From Candidatus Marinacidobacterales bacterium (lineage in GTDB: Bacteria > Acidobacteriota > Vicinamibacteria > Marinacidobacterales > SMYC01), in assembly GCA_965237955.1 (NCBI GenBank), contig OZ250169.1, positions 1,216,001 to 1,280,000 on the forward strand: 64,000 nt of DNA. The letters run 5' to 3'. Positions 29,471-40,705 of the stretch are shown here, piece after piece. The position numbers were made by a program, and so were the translations under genes. Positions within the stretch are counted from its first letter, which is position 1. Every line of letters starts with the position of its first letter. The notes below the pieces were generated by a model. It did no database searches. It was not told the origin of the DNA and saw nothing but the letters and a program-made list of their open reading frames with translations.

Positions 29471-29679
29471 CAGCATTCAGCATTCAGCATCCAGCATTCA
29501 GTACAGCTCGCGAACTTTGCCTTCGGACACTTTGCCCCAAACGCGGAGGAGCATCGCCTTCGGGCAGCGTTCGCTCTGGTTACCTGCGGCACGGTGCTGA
29601 TGGGTACGACGTCATTTACCGGCACGATGCTGGTCTGAACCGGACGCTGGATGCTGAATGCTGGATGCTGAGTGCTGAT
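29471..29679. repeat. Heptamer (CAGCAT[T/C]) tandem arrays in inverted orientation
   Basis: CAGCATTCAGCATTCAGCATCCAGCATTCAG at about 29471-29501 and CTGGATGCTGAATGCTGGATGCTGAGTGCTG at about 29647-29677. Confidence 0.8.
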
Positions 29680-32011
29680 CCTCAGTCGGATGAACATGCA
29701 GGTCTCGTTGCGGGAATGGGATACTTATTCCCGCGTCTTTGAGCTCGTCGTTGATGGTGACGTGCAGGTCGCTCGAGACTTGTAAGAAGTCGTCGATCCG
29801 GGTCCATACCAGCAGCCGGAAGTCGAGGGCGCTTTCCCCGAAGCCGACCATCAGCGCCGAAGGCGCGGGACTCTCGAGTGTTTTCGGATGCGCGCTCGCG
29901 GTGTCGCGGAGTATTTCCAATACTTTCTTCGGGTCGGTGCCGAGGGCGACGTGAACGAGAACTTCGACCCGGCGCGTCATGTCCGTGCGCGTCCAGTTGA
30001 CGAACTCTTTGGACACGAGGTCGCTGTTCGGTACGACGACCTCGGCGCCATCGAACGTCCGGATGGTGCTAGCGCGGATACCGATGCCGGTCACGATTCC
30101 GAAATGATCTTTCGTTTCGACGCGATCGCCGACTTTGATCGGTCTTTCGAAGATCAGAATCAGTCCAGAGACGAAGTTGCTGACGATGTTCTGGAGGCCG
30201 AAGCCAATGCCGACCCCCAACGCGCCAAAAACAACGGTTAGTTGCGTCGCGCTGAGCCCACCGGCGGCAGCCGCCAGTAACAGTCCCGAGCCCCAGATCA
30301 CGTAGTTGATGACGGAGACCACAGAGTGGTCCGCTACAGCGGGCAGACGAAGGCGGGGCAACATTTCCTCGCGCAGGACGAAGCGCACCATCCGCGCCGT
30401 GAACCATGTCGCCACCAGGATGACCATCGCCGCAACGACGCGACCTACCGACACGTCGAGCCCCCCCACGGTCGCAGACGCGGATAGCGCTGCCGCTGCT
30501 TTCTCGGTCAAAGGTTCGAGAAGCTGGAAATTTCTGAGCGAAGCTCGACTCCACCAAATGAACGCGACGGTCGCGGCGACGAGGAATACCCCGCGCGCGA
30601 ACATGTCGCCGTGCCGGCGAACGCTCGGGAAGATGGCGCCGAGCGGGCTCCGGACGGCGACGGGAACGAGAGCCGTCAACGCGAGGACGACAGTTGCCCA
30701 TGCGATGGCGCCAAAGGCGGCCGTCGTCGTCGCATCGGTCAAAGTCTCCGACAGATTTTCCCAACCTAGGATGTTCGCGATCAAGGAAACGGTCAGGAGC
30801 ACGGCCGCCATGGCGAGCAAGAACCAAGCGAAGCGCCACCAAACGCCCACCTTGGTCTTCTCATCCGGCCGCCACCGCGAGATCAGAGCCGCCACCGCTC
30901 CGAGCGCCAACGCGGTCACCAAAACCAGGAGAATCCTGCGAAGAAACGAACCGTCCGGGGCCAGCGCCCACAGACGATTGAGGACGAGCAGCACCATGGC
31001 ACCATAGAGCGCGGATCGCGCCGGTACCGGCAGGAGCCCTCGTCCGAGTCGCACGATGGGCACGATGGCAAGAACCAACACCATGTCCTCGACCGGACCA
31101 ACGGTGTTATCGAGCAGGAACACCATCGCGACGACGGTGAAGGCGACCGCCGTCGACAACGGCCGGGAGACAACGAACCGGGCACTATCCAAACGGTGGT
31201 CGTCGGGGGGCCATGAACGGCTAACGTATCGCGCGAGGAGAGCCGCGAACAAGAACGCGACGAAAGATGTCAAGAGAAACGTGAACCTCCCCGGGCGGGA
31301 CAGGATGAAGGCGACGAGAGTGTCGAGCCAATACTTCTGAGCCTCGACGGCGGAGGCGCGGATCGTGCTGCCTTCCGAAGACTCGCCCAATCGCCACAGG
31401 GGTGGCGTGTTCCGAGTCCAGACACGTGCTCGAACTTTGGCGGCGATGGCCGAGAGTCGATCGATCGCTTCCGCGGAAATCTCTCTGCCTTGTGACACCC
31501 GGGCGAGCACGGAACCGATGGCCTCACCACGTTCGGTGAGACGTCTGTCGACGCCATCCAATCGCTCCAACAGCCGGTCGATCTGCTCGACAATCTCGGT
31601 AGGGGCGTTCTCCTCGGTTGCGTTCTCGCGAGTGATTTCCCACTCGTCGCGAGCCGCCGAAAGCTCTTCGCCTTCCTGAGCGAGCGTCTGCCAACGCTCC
31701 TGAAGCTCGACCATCCACTGGGCCAGCTTTTCGTCGAACTCGCCCCAACCCAGGCGATGATCCGCGAGCATCCGCATCGAGATCTCGTCGCCCTTCACGG
31801 CGTCGAGGTTCCGACGAAGCTCCACGAGAACATCACCGGCATCGCCGACGGCAGCCTCGATTGCTTGTATCTCGTAGCTCGGCTCGAGCAAGGCTTCGAC
31901 CCGACGCAAATTCGCGCCGAGCTCGTCGGAGCGGACCGCCACATCCGCCAGCGGGATCGCAACCGGCACTTCGGCCGTTACCGCCGGCACCGACGCCTCG
32001 TCCTGTGCCAT
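29612..32011 (-). CDS. Large MscS-family (MscK-like) mechanosensitive channel
   Basis: Periplasmic coiled coil, many TMs, GALGVGIGFGLQNIVSNFVSGLILIFERPIKVGD, VVPNS, IPFPQRDLH; signal peptide appears out of frame. Confidence 0.9.
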   Translation of the reverse strand: MAQDEASVPAVTAEVPVAIPLADVAVRSDELGANLRRVEALLEPSYEIQAIEAAVGDAGDVLVELRRNLDAVKGDEISMRMLADHRLGWGEFDEKLAQWMVELQERWQTLAQEGEELSAARDEWEITRENATEENAPTEIVEQIDRLLERLDGVDRRLTERGEAIGSVLARVSQGREISAEAIDRLSAIAAKVRARVWTRNTPPLWRLGESSEGSTIRASAVEAQKYWLDTLVAFILSRPGRFTFLLTSFVAFLFAALLARYVSRSWPPDDHRLDSARFVVSRPLSTAVAFTVVAMVFLLDNTVGPVEDMVLVLAIVPIVRLGRGLLPVPARSALYGAMVLLVLNRLWALAPDGSFLRRILLVLVTALALGAVAALISRWRPDEKTKVGVWWRFAWFLLAMAAVLLTVSLIANILGWENLSETLTDATTTAAFGAIAWATVVLALTALVPVAVRSPLGAIFPSVRRHGDMFARGVFLVAATVAFIWWSRASLRNFQLLEPLTEKAAAALSASATVGGLDVSVGRVVAAMVILVATWFTARMVRFVLREEMLPRLRLPAVADHSVVSVINYVIWGSGLLLAAAAGGLSATQLTVVFGALGVGIGFGLQNIVSNFVSGLILIFERPIKVGDRVETKDHFGIVTGIGIRASTIRTFDGAEVVVPNSDLVSKEFVNWTRTDMTRRVEVLVHVALGTDPKKVLEILRDTASAHPKTLESPAPSALMVGFGESALDFRLLVWTRIDDFLQVSSDLHVTINDELKDAGISIPFPQRDLHVHPTEDQHSASSIQHPASGSDQHRAGK

Positions 32012-32300
32012 GGCGAGGGGAACGACCAGCGAGCAGGGCGAATCCCAGTCTGAGGCGCACGGTCATCAGCAATGAGTCGAGGGGTTATCGCCGGGCGAGC
32101 TCCAGAGACAAGTGGTGCCCGACGCTACGGGCTCTTCTCGGGCGATGAGGAACGCTTCGGCGAGCTCGGACACTCGCCGAGGATATCATGGGCCTCGAGC
32201 CGGCTCACGAGCTCTCGCACGGGCTCGGCGGCGATGCGGTTCGGAACGGAGCCTCTCATTTTGGCCACAGAGTCACAGCGCGGCGGAGCCGCAACCAAGA

Positions 32301-32468
32301 ATCACCGCAAAGCGCAGAGGACGCAGAGATTTGCAGAGAAAAACAACACTAGGGCCCAAGGTCGAAAAAAAGCAAATCGGTACGGGGTGCTCTTCCGCGC
32401 AGCGGCTCTCCACCCTTACGTTTTTTTCCTCTGCGTTTCCTTTGCGTCCTCTACGCCTCTGCGGTGAT
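32301..32468. repeat. REP-like long imperfect inverted repeat built from CGCAGAG units
   Basis: ATCACCGCAAAGCGCAGAGGACGCAGAG...CTCTGCGTTTCCTTTGCGTCCTCTACGCCTCTGCGGTGAT. Confidence 0.7.
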
Positions 32469-32500
32469 CTTTTCTTTTCCAGAAAAGAAGCTTTCGGGAG

Positions 32501-33481
32501 TTAGGGGTGGCGGCAAAGGATTCGCCTTTGTTCGCCGAGGGCGCGCAGGGCCGGGGCTTGTCGATCGTTGTCGGGAAAGAGGTTTCCGGGGAGGCGTTTG
32601 AGCATCAGCGTCATCGCGAGACGCTCTCGCGGTGAGAACCCCTCTGGGGATCGCACGCGGCGCACGCCCATGACCTCGCTGCGATCGGGCGAGTGGTTGA
32701 GCCCGAACGTATGGCCGAGCTCGTGTAGCGTCGTGTTGCTGCGAACGACTTCGACATCGCGGAACACGATCTCGCAGCGGGTGATGACGAGCCGGGTCAT
32801 CCAGCAGCGGGTGAACGCCCGGAGGTTCTCGTCGACGATGGACTCGTTCTGGGGCTCGACGAGGAGCGTGATCGGCACGGCCCCGGGGTCTTCTCCCACC
32901 GAGTAGACGACCGCGCCACCGAGCGCGTTGGTCATCTCGGCGGCAGCGTCTCTGAGGGTTTGCATCGCGCGGGGGTCCAGCGGGATGGCACCCGTGGGTA
33001 CGATCGCGACACGACCCACATCGAGACTCGGTCGATCGAGTGGCTCGAGCTCTCCTTGATCACCAAGAGACGCGCTCACGTACACCAGAGCTCGCGTGTA
33101 GTCGGAATCCAATCGTGTCGGGCTCTCGGACGGCCATAGCTCGAACGTCGTCTGCTCTCCTCGGCGGACGATGGTCTGGCGGTCGAGAAAACCGGGCGCC
33201 TTGATGTCGACGGAGACACCGTTGGACGCAAGCTCCTCGAGCGTGAGCTGTCCCGAGTCGTCGCTTACATGCTCCCGGCCCGCGATGACCACTCGAGCGC
33301 CTGCGACGGGCCGCCCCGTCTCGCCCGACATGATGCGAACCGTCGAGCCCGGCACGATACCGTTGGCCGTGTCCGCCGCGCTCAGATCGCGACGCACCGT
33401 CGTCGGCCCCGCGGGTCCGGTATCGGCGCAGCCGCTCAAAAGGCGCACTGACAAAACCAAGACCGGGGCCCGCCATTTCAT
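32501..33481 (-). CDS. Matrixin/metzincin metalloprotease lipoprotein
   Basis: Lipobox LSGC; beta-sandwich N-domain; HELGHTFGLNHS plus Met-turn EVM. Confidence 0.85.
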   Translation of the reverse strand: MKWRAPVLVLSVRLLSGCADTGPAGPTTVRRDLSAADTANGIVPGSTVRIMSGETGRPVAGARVVIAGREHVSDDSGQLTLEELASNGVSVDIKAPGFLDRQTIVRRGEQTTFELWPSESPTRLDSDYTRALVYVSASLGDQGELEPLDRPSLDVGRVAIVPTGAIPLDPRAMQTLRDAAAEMTNALGGAVVYSVGEDPGAVPITLLVEPQNESIVDENLRAFTRCWMTRLVITRCEIVFRDVEVVRSNTTLHELGHTFGLNHSPDRSEVMGVRRVRSPEGFSPRERLAMTLMLKRLPGNLFPDNDRQAPALRALGEQRRILCRHP

Positions 33482-33519
33482 AGGGCGGGGAGTCTACCCG
33501 ATCTAAAGCCTCAAGGCGA

Positions 33520-34000
33520 ACCGTACCCGTCTCGGCTGTGGCAGGCGCCGTCCCAACAGACGCGAAGCGACCAACGTGCGCAAAACTTGCGCGGTTCCGC
33601 CACCGATGGTGAACATTCGCGCGTCTCGAACCATTCTCTCCAGCGGATTGTTTCGTGAATACACCGCAGCGCCGAATATTTGTAGGGCAAAGATCTTCGC
33701 CCGCGCCGCTTCCAGGCTGCCGGGAAAGCCGTCGGACGCGCCCGCCGCGGCTCCGTAGATGAGCCCGCGCGACGCCTCGAGCTGCACGTGCATGACGGCG
33801 AGCATCCACTGGAGGCCTTGAAACTCCGCGATCGGGCGGCCGAATTGCTGGCGTTGGCCGCTGAACTCGAGAGCCCAACGCGAACGCTCCCTGCGCGATA
33901 CCGAACGCGACCGTAGCCGCACCAACCCGCTGCGTGTTGTAGGCGTTCATCAAGTCGGCGAATCCCTTGGCGGGTCCGCGCGGCGAGACGAGCCTCATGC
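33520..34000 (-). pseudogene. Acyl-CoA dehydrogenase C-terminal remnant
   Basis: GFADLMNAYNTQRVGAA, frameshift, RQQFGRPIAEFQGLQWMLA..LERMVRDARMFTIGGGTAQVLR. Confidence 0.85.
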
Positions 34001-34225
34001 TCGCGTGTCCCCACCGAGAGCCCCGGCGACTCACCGACGACGGCGAGAAAACCGCCGATGCCCTCCTCGACGCCATGCTCGTCGATCCCACGGGTAGGAT
34101 TCGGTGCGGTCAACCTCGGCCGCCCGCGGACGAACGACGGTGTCGGCGAACGCGCGCGCACGCACGTGAAGAGCTTCTTGTTCTTCCGTCAAGCTATATT
34201 ATGGTTTCGACGGATTGGAGGAAAG

Positions 34226-34624
34226 TTGGGTCTAGGATACGTCATCGTTCTCGAGCGGGAGCTCGACGGCATCGAGCCCAGAGACGTCGATGGCAGAACG
34301 CTTGCCAAACACCGCCACGCCCTCGATGCCGTCGCCCACGAGATGGACCTCCCGGGTCTCGGTGAGTTCGTCGCGTTCAGCCAAGCGGAGGCGGACGCAC
34401 TTGCGGACGATATGAAGTTCGACGCGCCGACTGCCGGAGGCGGCCGTTGGTTCGTGTCCGCCAACGGACTCGAGGTCGTCCGATCGATTCGAACGTACCT
34501 CCAGGAAAACCCGGATGAGATCGAGGACGCGGACGCGGTACTTCAAGGACTCCAAGAGATGCAGAGCGTGCTGGAAGCCGCGCACGCTGCGGACACTCGG
34601 TTTCGGTTGAGTATTGATTATTGA
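34226..34624 (+). CDS. Acidic hypothetical protein
   Basis: GGAGG RBS + TTG at 34226; typical codon usage; W-F...GL..VR motif. Confidence 0.6.
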   Translation: MGLGYVIVLERELDGIEPRDVDGRTLAKHRHALDAVAHEMDLPGLGEFVAFSQAEADALADDMKFDAPTAGGGRWFVSANGLEVVRSIRTYLQENPDEIEDADAVLQGLQEMQSVLEAAHAADTRFRLSIDY

Positions 34625-34704
34625 ATCGCCACAGAAGAACGAGAAAATAGGCGGCCATCACCGCGAGATCGAGGGGGCGCAGAAGGGTCACGCCGACCGG
34701 AGGA

Positions 34705-35346
34705 TCACACGGACACGATGCCGTGTTTGATGGCGTATTGAGTCAGCTCGGCGGTGGTGCGAAGGCCGAGCTTTTCCATGACGTTGTACTTGTGGAACTC
34801 CACCGTGCGCGGGGAAATGTCGAGAACCGCCGCAATCTCCTTGACCGAGCGGCCCTCGGCGAGAAGTTGTAACACCTCGCGCTCCCGCGGCGTGAGCACG
34901 ACGGCGTGGCTTTCCGCCGCCTGATCGGCTTCGAGGAGATCATCGAGTAGATCTCGCGCGATGAGGGGGGTCACATAAGTCCGGCCCTCGTGCACCGCGC
35001 GGATTGCCGAGCGCAGCTCTTCTGCAGCGGATTGCTTCAGCACGTAGCCGGACGCACCGGCGCGAAACGCTTCGGCGACGTAGGTGATGTCAGCGTGCAC
35101 CGTGAGGAACACGACGCGTACATTGGGTTTCGTTTTCTTGAGCTGTCGCAGCGCTTCGATGCCGTTGAGAAGCGGCATCGAGATGTCGGTGACGATGACG
35201 TCCGGTGAAAGTTCGTCCGCCGCTCGCAGCAGGTCGCGACCGTTTTGCACGCGGCCAACGAGCTCGTACTCCGGCTCGAGCAAGCTCGCAAGTCCTTCGG
35301 CGACGATCGTGTGATCGTCGGCGAGCAGAACCCTCGTGCGCGTCAT
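34705..35346 (-). CDS. NarL/LuxR-family response regulator
   Basis: LLADDH, DISMP, ASGYVLK, LTPREREVLQLLAEG..TVEFHK. Confidence 0.95.
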   Translation of the reverse strand: MTRTRVLLADDHTIVAEGLASLLEPEYELVGRVQNGRDLLRAADELSPDVIVTDISMPLLNGIEALRQLKKTKPNVRVVFLTVHADITYVAEAFRAGASGYVLKQSAAEELRSAIRAVHEGRTYVTPLIARDLLDDLLEADQAAESHAVVLTPREREVLQLLAEGRSVKEIAAVLDISPRTVEFHKYNVMEKLGLRTTAELTQYAIKHGIVSV

Positions 35347-35912
35347 GAACCCTCGAGCTCGAGCGGGATGCGCACGCTGAGCCGCGTCCCCACCGAAAGT
35401 TCCGAACGCACTTCGAGCTCGCCTCCAACGAAACGCACACGCTCCTCCATGCTCACCAAACCCAGGCGGCCGTTGTTCGAGGCACGCGCCACGTCGAAAC
35501 CCGAGCCATCCTGCTGCAATGCCTCTTGGGCCTTCTTGTGCTCGGTGAGATCGGTGAGCACCATGACGGCGGCCCCGTTTCGGCGGCGAAGCGGCGTGAC
35601 CGTGACTCGAAACCAGCTCTCGTGCGACGGCGCCGGTCGCGGGAACTCATGGGTGTAGACGTCTTGGGTGCCTTCGAGCACGGCCGCGACGCCCCCGCTG
35701 GTCGCACCTGAGCTATCGCCGACGAGAGTGTCACAGAGGATGTCGAGAGGCACGTCGGAGCTCACGTCGAGGCCGAGCTCCGCCCACGCGTCGTTCGAGC
35801 TGAGGATTCGACCATCGCAGGAGAGCACGCACACCGCGTCCCGGATGGAGGACAGCACGCCTTGGAGAAGCTCGTCCGTCCCGGTGACCGCGTGCGATAC
35901 TTCCGAGGTCAT
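35343..35912 (-). pseudogene. PAS sensor histidine kinase with internal deletion
   Basis: PAS/PAC ending DLTEHKKAQEAL joined in frame to the HATPase tail DGSGFD..LGLVSMEERV..GGELEVRS; His-box absent. Confidence 0.8.
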
Positions 35913-36014
35913 GACGAGAGCATCCTAACACTGGCCAGCCTAGCGCCGGGCAATCCGGATGTGCCTCGTGCGGAGGCGGACTGATAGAATGCGCGCCCGG
36001 GGAGGCTCGGTTCG

Positions 36015-36777
36015 ATGAAAAAGTCGATGATTCTGTTGCGCGTGGTGGTTTCCACGTCTTTCGCGCACGCCGCTCTTGCCGAGGACACAGCCGATCTCAT
36101 TCTCGTCAACGGCCGGGTGTATACGGTCGAGCAGAGCCAGCCGTGGGCGGAAGCCCTCGCCATCAAAGGCGAGTGGCTCCTCGCCGTCGGCACCAACGCC
36201 GAGGCGCGGGCGTTCTCGGGCCCGGACACCCGTGAGATCGACCTCGACGGCGCTTTCGTCTCCCCCGGATTCAACGACTCTCACGTTCACGTGGAAAGCA
36301 CGGCTAGATTGCTGAGCGGTGTGAACTTGCTCGACGTGCACGAACCGGCCGCTTTCCAAGAGCGCCTCCAAGCGACCGCGGAGAGGATTCCGGACGGGAG
36401 CTGGATCACGCGCAGCATGTGGGGTGCGTACGAGCAGTGGGGTGCGGGGTCAGCCGGAGAGGATCCGTCGTCGGGAACGTTGGCAAGCGGCCCGTTCACG
36501 CCGGACCGCGAGTTGATCGACGCCGTCACCCGCGAACATCCCGTGCTCGTCAGCCGGTTCGATCGCAGCATGCATCTCGCCAACAGCCTCGCGCTCGAGA
36601 TCGCCGGCATCGACGAGAGCACGCCCTCGCCGGCCGATGGCGAGATCGTGAAAGATGCGAGCGGCCGACTGACAGGAATTCTCAAAGGAAGCGCGTACGA
36701 AGAGCGATCTGAAGAAACTACTCGACGCGAAGGTGCTCTACACGATCGCCGGCGGCAAAGTCGTCTACGAGCGCTAG
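36015..36777 (+). pseudogene. YtcJ-like amidohydrolase 3 with large internal deletion
   Basis: ADLILVNGRVYT, PGFNDSHVH, LTGILK; the family C-terminus DAKVLYTIAGGKVVYER* follows in another frame (stop 36775-36777). Confidence 0.85.
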
Positions 36778-36921
36778 GCGTCGAAGACGGGGTAAGCCGT
36801 ATCCATCACGCTCGATGATCTCAGCGTGGGAAGTATCTGTTGTCATCATCACGAACCAACCGATTTTATGCGACGGATTGACAACTTGACAGGCGCTGCT
36901 CGAACGTTTATTACCGCTTGC

Positions 36922-39900
36922 ATGAAACGCACCATCACGAAGCTCGTTTTTGCCTCACTTCTACTCGCGCCATCGATCACTTCAGGGCGCGAGCTCGACG
37001 CCGATCTGCTAGGTAACTGGCAGTGGCGTCTGTTGGGACCGTCGACACCAGCCGGGCGCGCTTGGACCGTCGTCGGCGTCGAAAGCACGCCGAAGACTCT
37101 CTATGTCACGACCGCGAGCGGCGGCGTATGGAAGAGCGTCAACGCCGGCACCACCTTCGAGCCCATTTTCGACGATGCCCACGTCGCGTCGAGCTCGGTC
37201 GTCGCCGTCGCCCCGTCGAACCCCGATATCGTTTGGGTTGCTACCGGCGAGCCGGCCAACACCCGCGCCAACTCGTGGGGCGACGGCGTCTACAAATCCG
37301 AGAACGGCGGTGAGAGCTGGACCCACGCGGGACTTTCTGAGACGCGCATGATCGGCCACCTCATCATCCACCCCACGAACCCTGACATCGTCTACGTCGC
37401 AGCGATGGGTCGTCTATGGGGTCGGAACGAGGAACGTGGCATCTTCCGGACGTCGAACGGCGGACGTTCGTGGGACAAGGTCCTCTACGTCGATGACACC
37501 ACCGGATTCAACGACATCCAGATGCACCCGGAGAATCCGGACGTGCTCTACGCGGGCGCGTGGCAACGCTTTCGATACGGCGGTGGCGACATGGTCGAGT
37601 CAGGCCCGAGCAGCGGCCTGTACAAGAGCACCGACGGCGGAGACACCTAGACCCGTCTTGCGAACGGTCTTCCCACCGATTCGATGGGGAAAATTCATAT
37701 CGTGATCGCACGCGGGAACCCCGAGCTCGTCTACGCGAACATCCTCACCGGCGAGTCCGTACGGCCCGGGCGCACCAGTAGCCAGGGCGGGCTCTTTCGT
37801 TCGGAAGACGCGGGAGCGTCTTGGGTCCGGGTCAACGATCGGCAAACGAGCTACTACCTACGATCGCGTGTACGTGGATCCGAACGACGACGAGACCGTG
37901 TGGATGCCGGTATTCGAGCTCAACGTCTCTCGAGACGGCGGGCGCACGTTCGAGGAAGTCAACATGCGCCACGTGCACAACGACCTCCATTCGATGTGGA
38001 TCGACCCGAACGACTCGGACCATATCGTCGTGAAAACGGCAATAGTGCGCGGCGACCGTCCAGGCTCAGGTTCTCCCGCCGGGAAAGCAACGTGTAACGC
38101 TGCCCCTTGATATACGACCGGCGCCGCTGAGGCGTGTACTCACGGCGCCGGACCTCATCAGCCTTTGACGACGGATGAAACCGAAGATGATCCGCGCATT
38201 GGGTGCGTCACCGAGTTCCGGAAGGGCTTCCACATATCCATGGCGGCCAGCTTGATACGGGCGCTTTTCTTCCCGCCCAGCGCCTTGAAGAACCATGTCG
38301 GTTTCTTTGCGACCCTCACCGCCCACCCAGATGGGACGCGCCCGCTCCAGGTCGCTCTGACACGATAGTTATGTCCCTTGCGGATGGAGATCTCATCGAT
38401 ACCGATGGCCCGAGGCGCGGCAGCCCCGCCCGTCGACTTGCTCTTGCATGTAGAGCTTATCCAGGTCCTTCACCGTAGTGTGGTGCAGACGTTCCATCTC
38501 GGCCACCGCCTTGTTCGGCATATCCCGGACACGGGCCATTGGCGCGCGCCGGTTCGAACCTACGACGAAGAAGGCATCACCGCCCACGATTGGATCAAGC
38601 TCCGCTACACCGGCGACGGGATGGGGATCGCGGCGCTGACCCACGCGACGAGAACATTATTCATATGGTGCAGCAGGTCGGCAATACGTCGCGACTCGAC
38701 CTGAGAACATGGGACCGCATCGAGCTGCAACCGCGGGACGCCGACGCTCTGCGAGCACGGGGTGCAACCCACGATCAACGGTGGGACTGGTCGCCCGCGT
38801 TCACGCTTTCTCGCCACGATCCCGACTACGTCTACGTCGGTGGCAACTATCTTTTTCGGATTCACGCAGCCTCGGCGCAGTGGGAGCGCATCAGTCCCGA
38901 TCTGACGCGCCAACAGAACACGGAGCCTCAAGGCGCGACCGACGGCTACCACAGCTACGGCGCGTTGTTTTCCGTCGCCGAGTCTCCCGTCGCAGCCGAG
39001 ATGTTATGGGCCGGCGCGGATGACGGCCCGCTCTGGGTTACGACGAACGGCGGTCGCGATTGGACACGGGTCGATATCAACATCGATGGGCCGAGCCTCG
39101 GCTCGCCTCCGTATCCTCCGTCACGTTCGGCCCCCATCGCTGATCTTCCCGGCATGCTGCCGCTCGGGAACTGGCCGACACCGTGCGTCGTCGCCGAGAT
39201 CGAGCCGTCGCACTTCGACAAGCGCACGGCCTATATCGCGTACGACTGCCACAAGCTCGACGACGAGGCCCCCTATCTCTTCAAGACGACCGACACGGGG
39301 GCGAGCTGGTCGTCTGTCAACGGCGATCTTCCTATTGGCTCGACGTGGGTGGTGAAAGAAGACCCCGCGCACCCGAAAGTTCTCTACGCCGGCACCGAGT
39401 TCGGTATCTACGTCACCATCGACGGCGGCGAGCACTGGGAGCCACTGAAAGGAAACTTGCCTCGAGTAGGAACCCGGTCGCTCGCCATCCAGGCGCGCGA
39501 CAAGGACCTCGTTGCAGCAACTTACGGCCGCTCGATCTGGGTGACGGACATTGCACCGTTCGCGGAAATGGCAGACGGGGCGCTCGACAAACCACTGCAC
39601 CTTTTTGCTGCTGCATCGGCAACACTATTCAAAACTCACGTTACTTACGGCAACACGATCGAAGAGATGAACGGTGACATGTTCTTCCGCGCTGCCAATC
39701 CCCCCGACGGAGCTCTCCTTCGATACCACCTCGAGGACGACGCGTCGGACGTCCGCATCGAGATCCGAGATGCATCGGGAAGTCTCGTTCGTACCCTCGG
39801 CGGGCCGGCAACAGCGGGGCTCCACCAGGTGGAGTGGGACCTCAAAACCAACGAGACCGCCGGACGCAAGCGAGAGCGGCGAGCGCCGGTCACACCGAGC

Positions 39901-40014
39901 GAGTGGGAGTTCTCCCAGAAAGTGGCTCCCGGACGCTACGGTGTCCGCGTCATCGCGGACGAGCTGACGGACGAGGGCTTTGTCACGGTGCGCCCGCAGC
40001 CGCCGACAAAATGA
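36922..40014 (+). pseudogene. VPS10/BNR (Asp-box) repeat glycosyl-hydrolase-like protein, disrupted
   Basis: SxDGGxTW Asp-boxes; TAG at 37648, frameshift near 37860, foreign DNA about 38030-38540, further frameshift; intact C-terminal half. Confidence 0.85.
38160..38535 (-). mobile_element. Degenerate ISL3 transposase fragment inside the VPS10/BNR gene
   Basis: Minus-strand reading gives KDLDKLYM, PRAIGIDEISIRKGHNYRV, AMDMWKPFRNS, ARIIF across several frameshifts. Confidence 0.75.
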
Positions 40015-40263
40015 CCTCGCCGAACAGAACGTTCCCGTGGACGGTAACTTCACATCCATGCCATTGTCTCTCCAGATCGGTGACTCGATAGTAGATGTGA
40101 TAGCGGACACGGCTAGATGAGTGTCTCGACCACGCTACAGGTAGCAGGCACAACAGTTTGACAGGAAAATGGTGTATACTGCTTTCCGTTTTCACTAGCC
40201 TTTCCCTGGACACCACGCATGCCTCCAGACATCGTGAGCTTCAGAGGACTGGAGGAAGTACCG

Positions 40264-40545
40264 TTGAAGATTTACGTGGGCAATTTGAACTTTACCACTT
40301 CTGAGGGAACGCTCAGAGACCTCTTCGCCGAGCACGGCGAAGTGGAAGAAGTCCGAATCATCACCGATCGCGATTCCGGCCGCTCGCGCGGTTTCGGTTT
40401 CGTGACGATGCCGGAGCGCGAGCACGCAGCCGCTGCCATCGAGACTCTGAATCGTCAAGAGTTCGATGGCCGCACCCTGGTCGTGAACGAAGCCCGACCC
40501 AAGAATGAGGGCGGCGGACGCGGCGGCGGCGGTCGGCGATATTAG
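40264..40545 (+). CDS. RRM RNA-binding protein
   Basis: GGAGG RBS + TTG; KIYVGNL (RNP2), RGFGFV (RNP1), VNEARP, Gly-rich tail. Confidence 0.93.
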   Translation: MKIYVGNLNFTTSEGTLRDLFAEHGEVEEVRIITDRDSGRSRGFGFVTMPEREHAAAAIETLNRQEFDGRTLVVNEARPKNEGGGRGGGGRRY

Positions 40546-40705
40546 CGCACCGCGATCACACCTTCCCCGAAAGCTCGCGGATTCAACGGTACCACTGCGG
40601 GCTCTTGCGTTTTCCGGTCTCGCCCCCTATCCTGAGATCATCGACTACAACTGAATCCAGACCGACCATCGCACGCCGACTCACTCCAACCAAGGAGGCA
40701 GAACG

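Noticed and set aside
40011-40160. Possible ParE/RelE-like toxin remnant on the minus strand (SRVRYHIYYRV)
   Set aside because: Match too short to support a call
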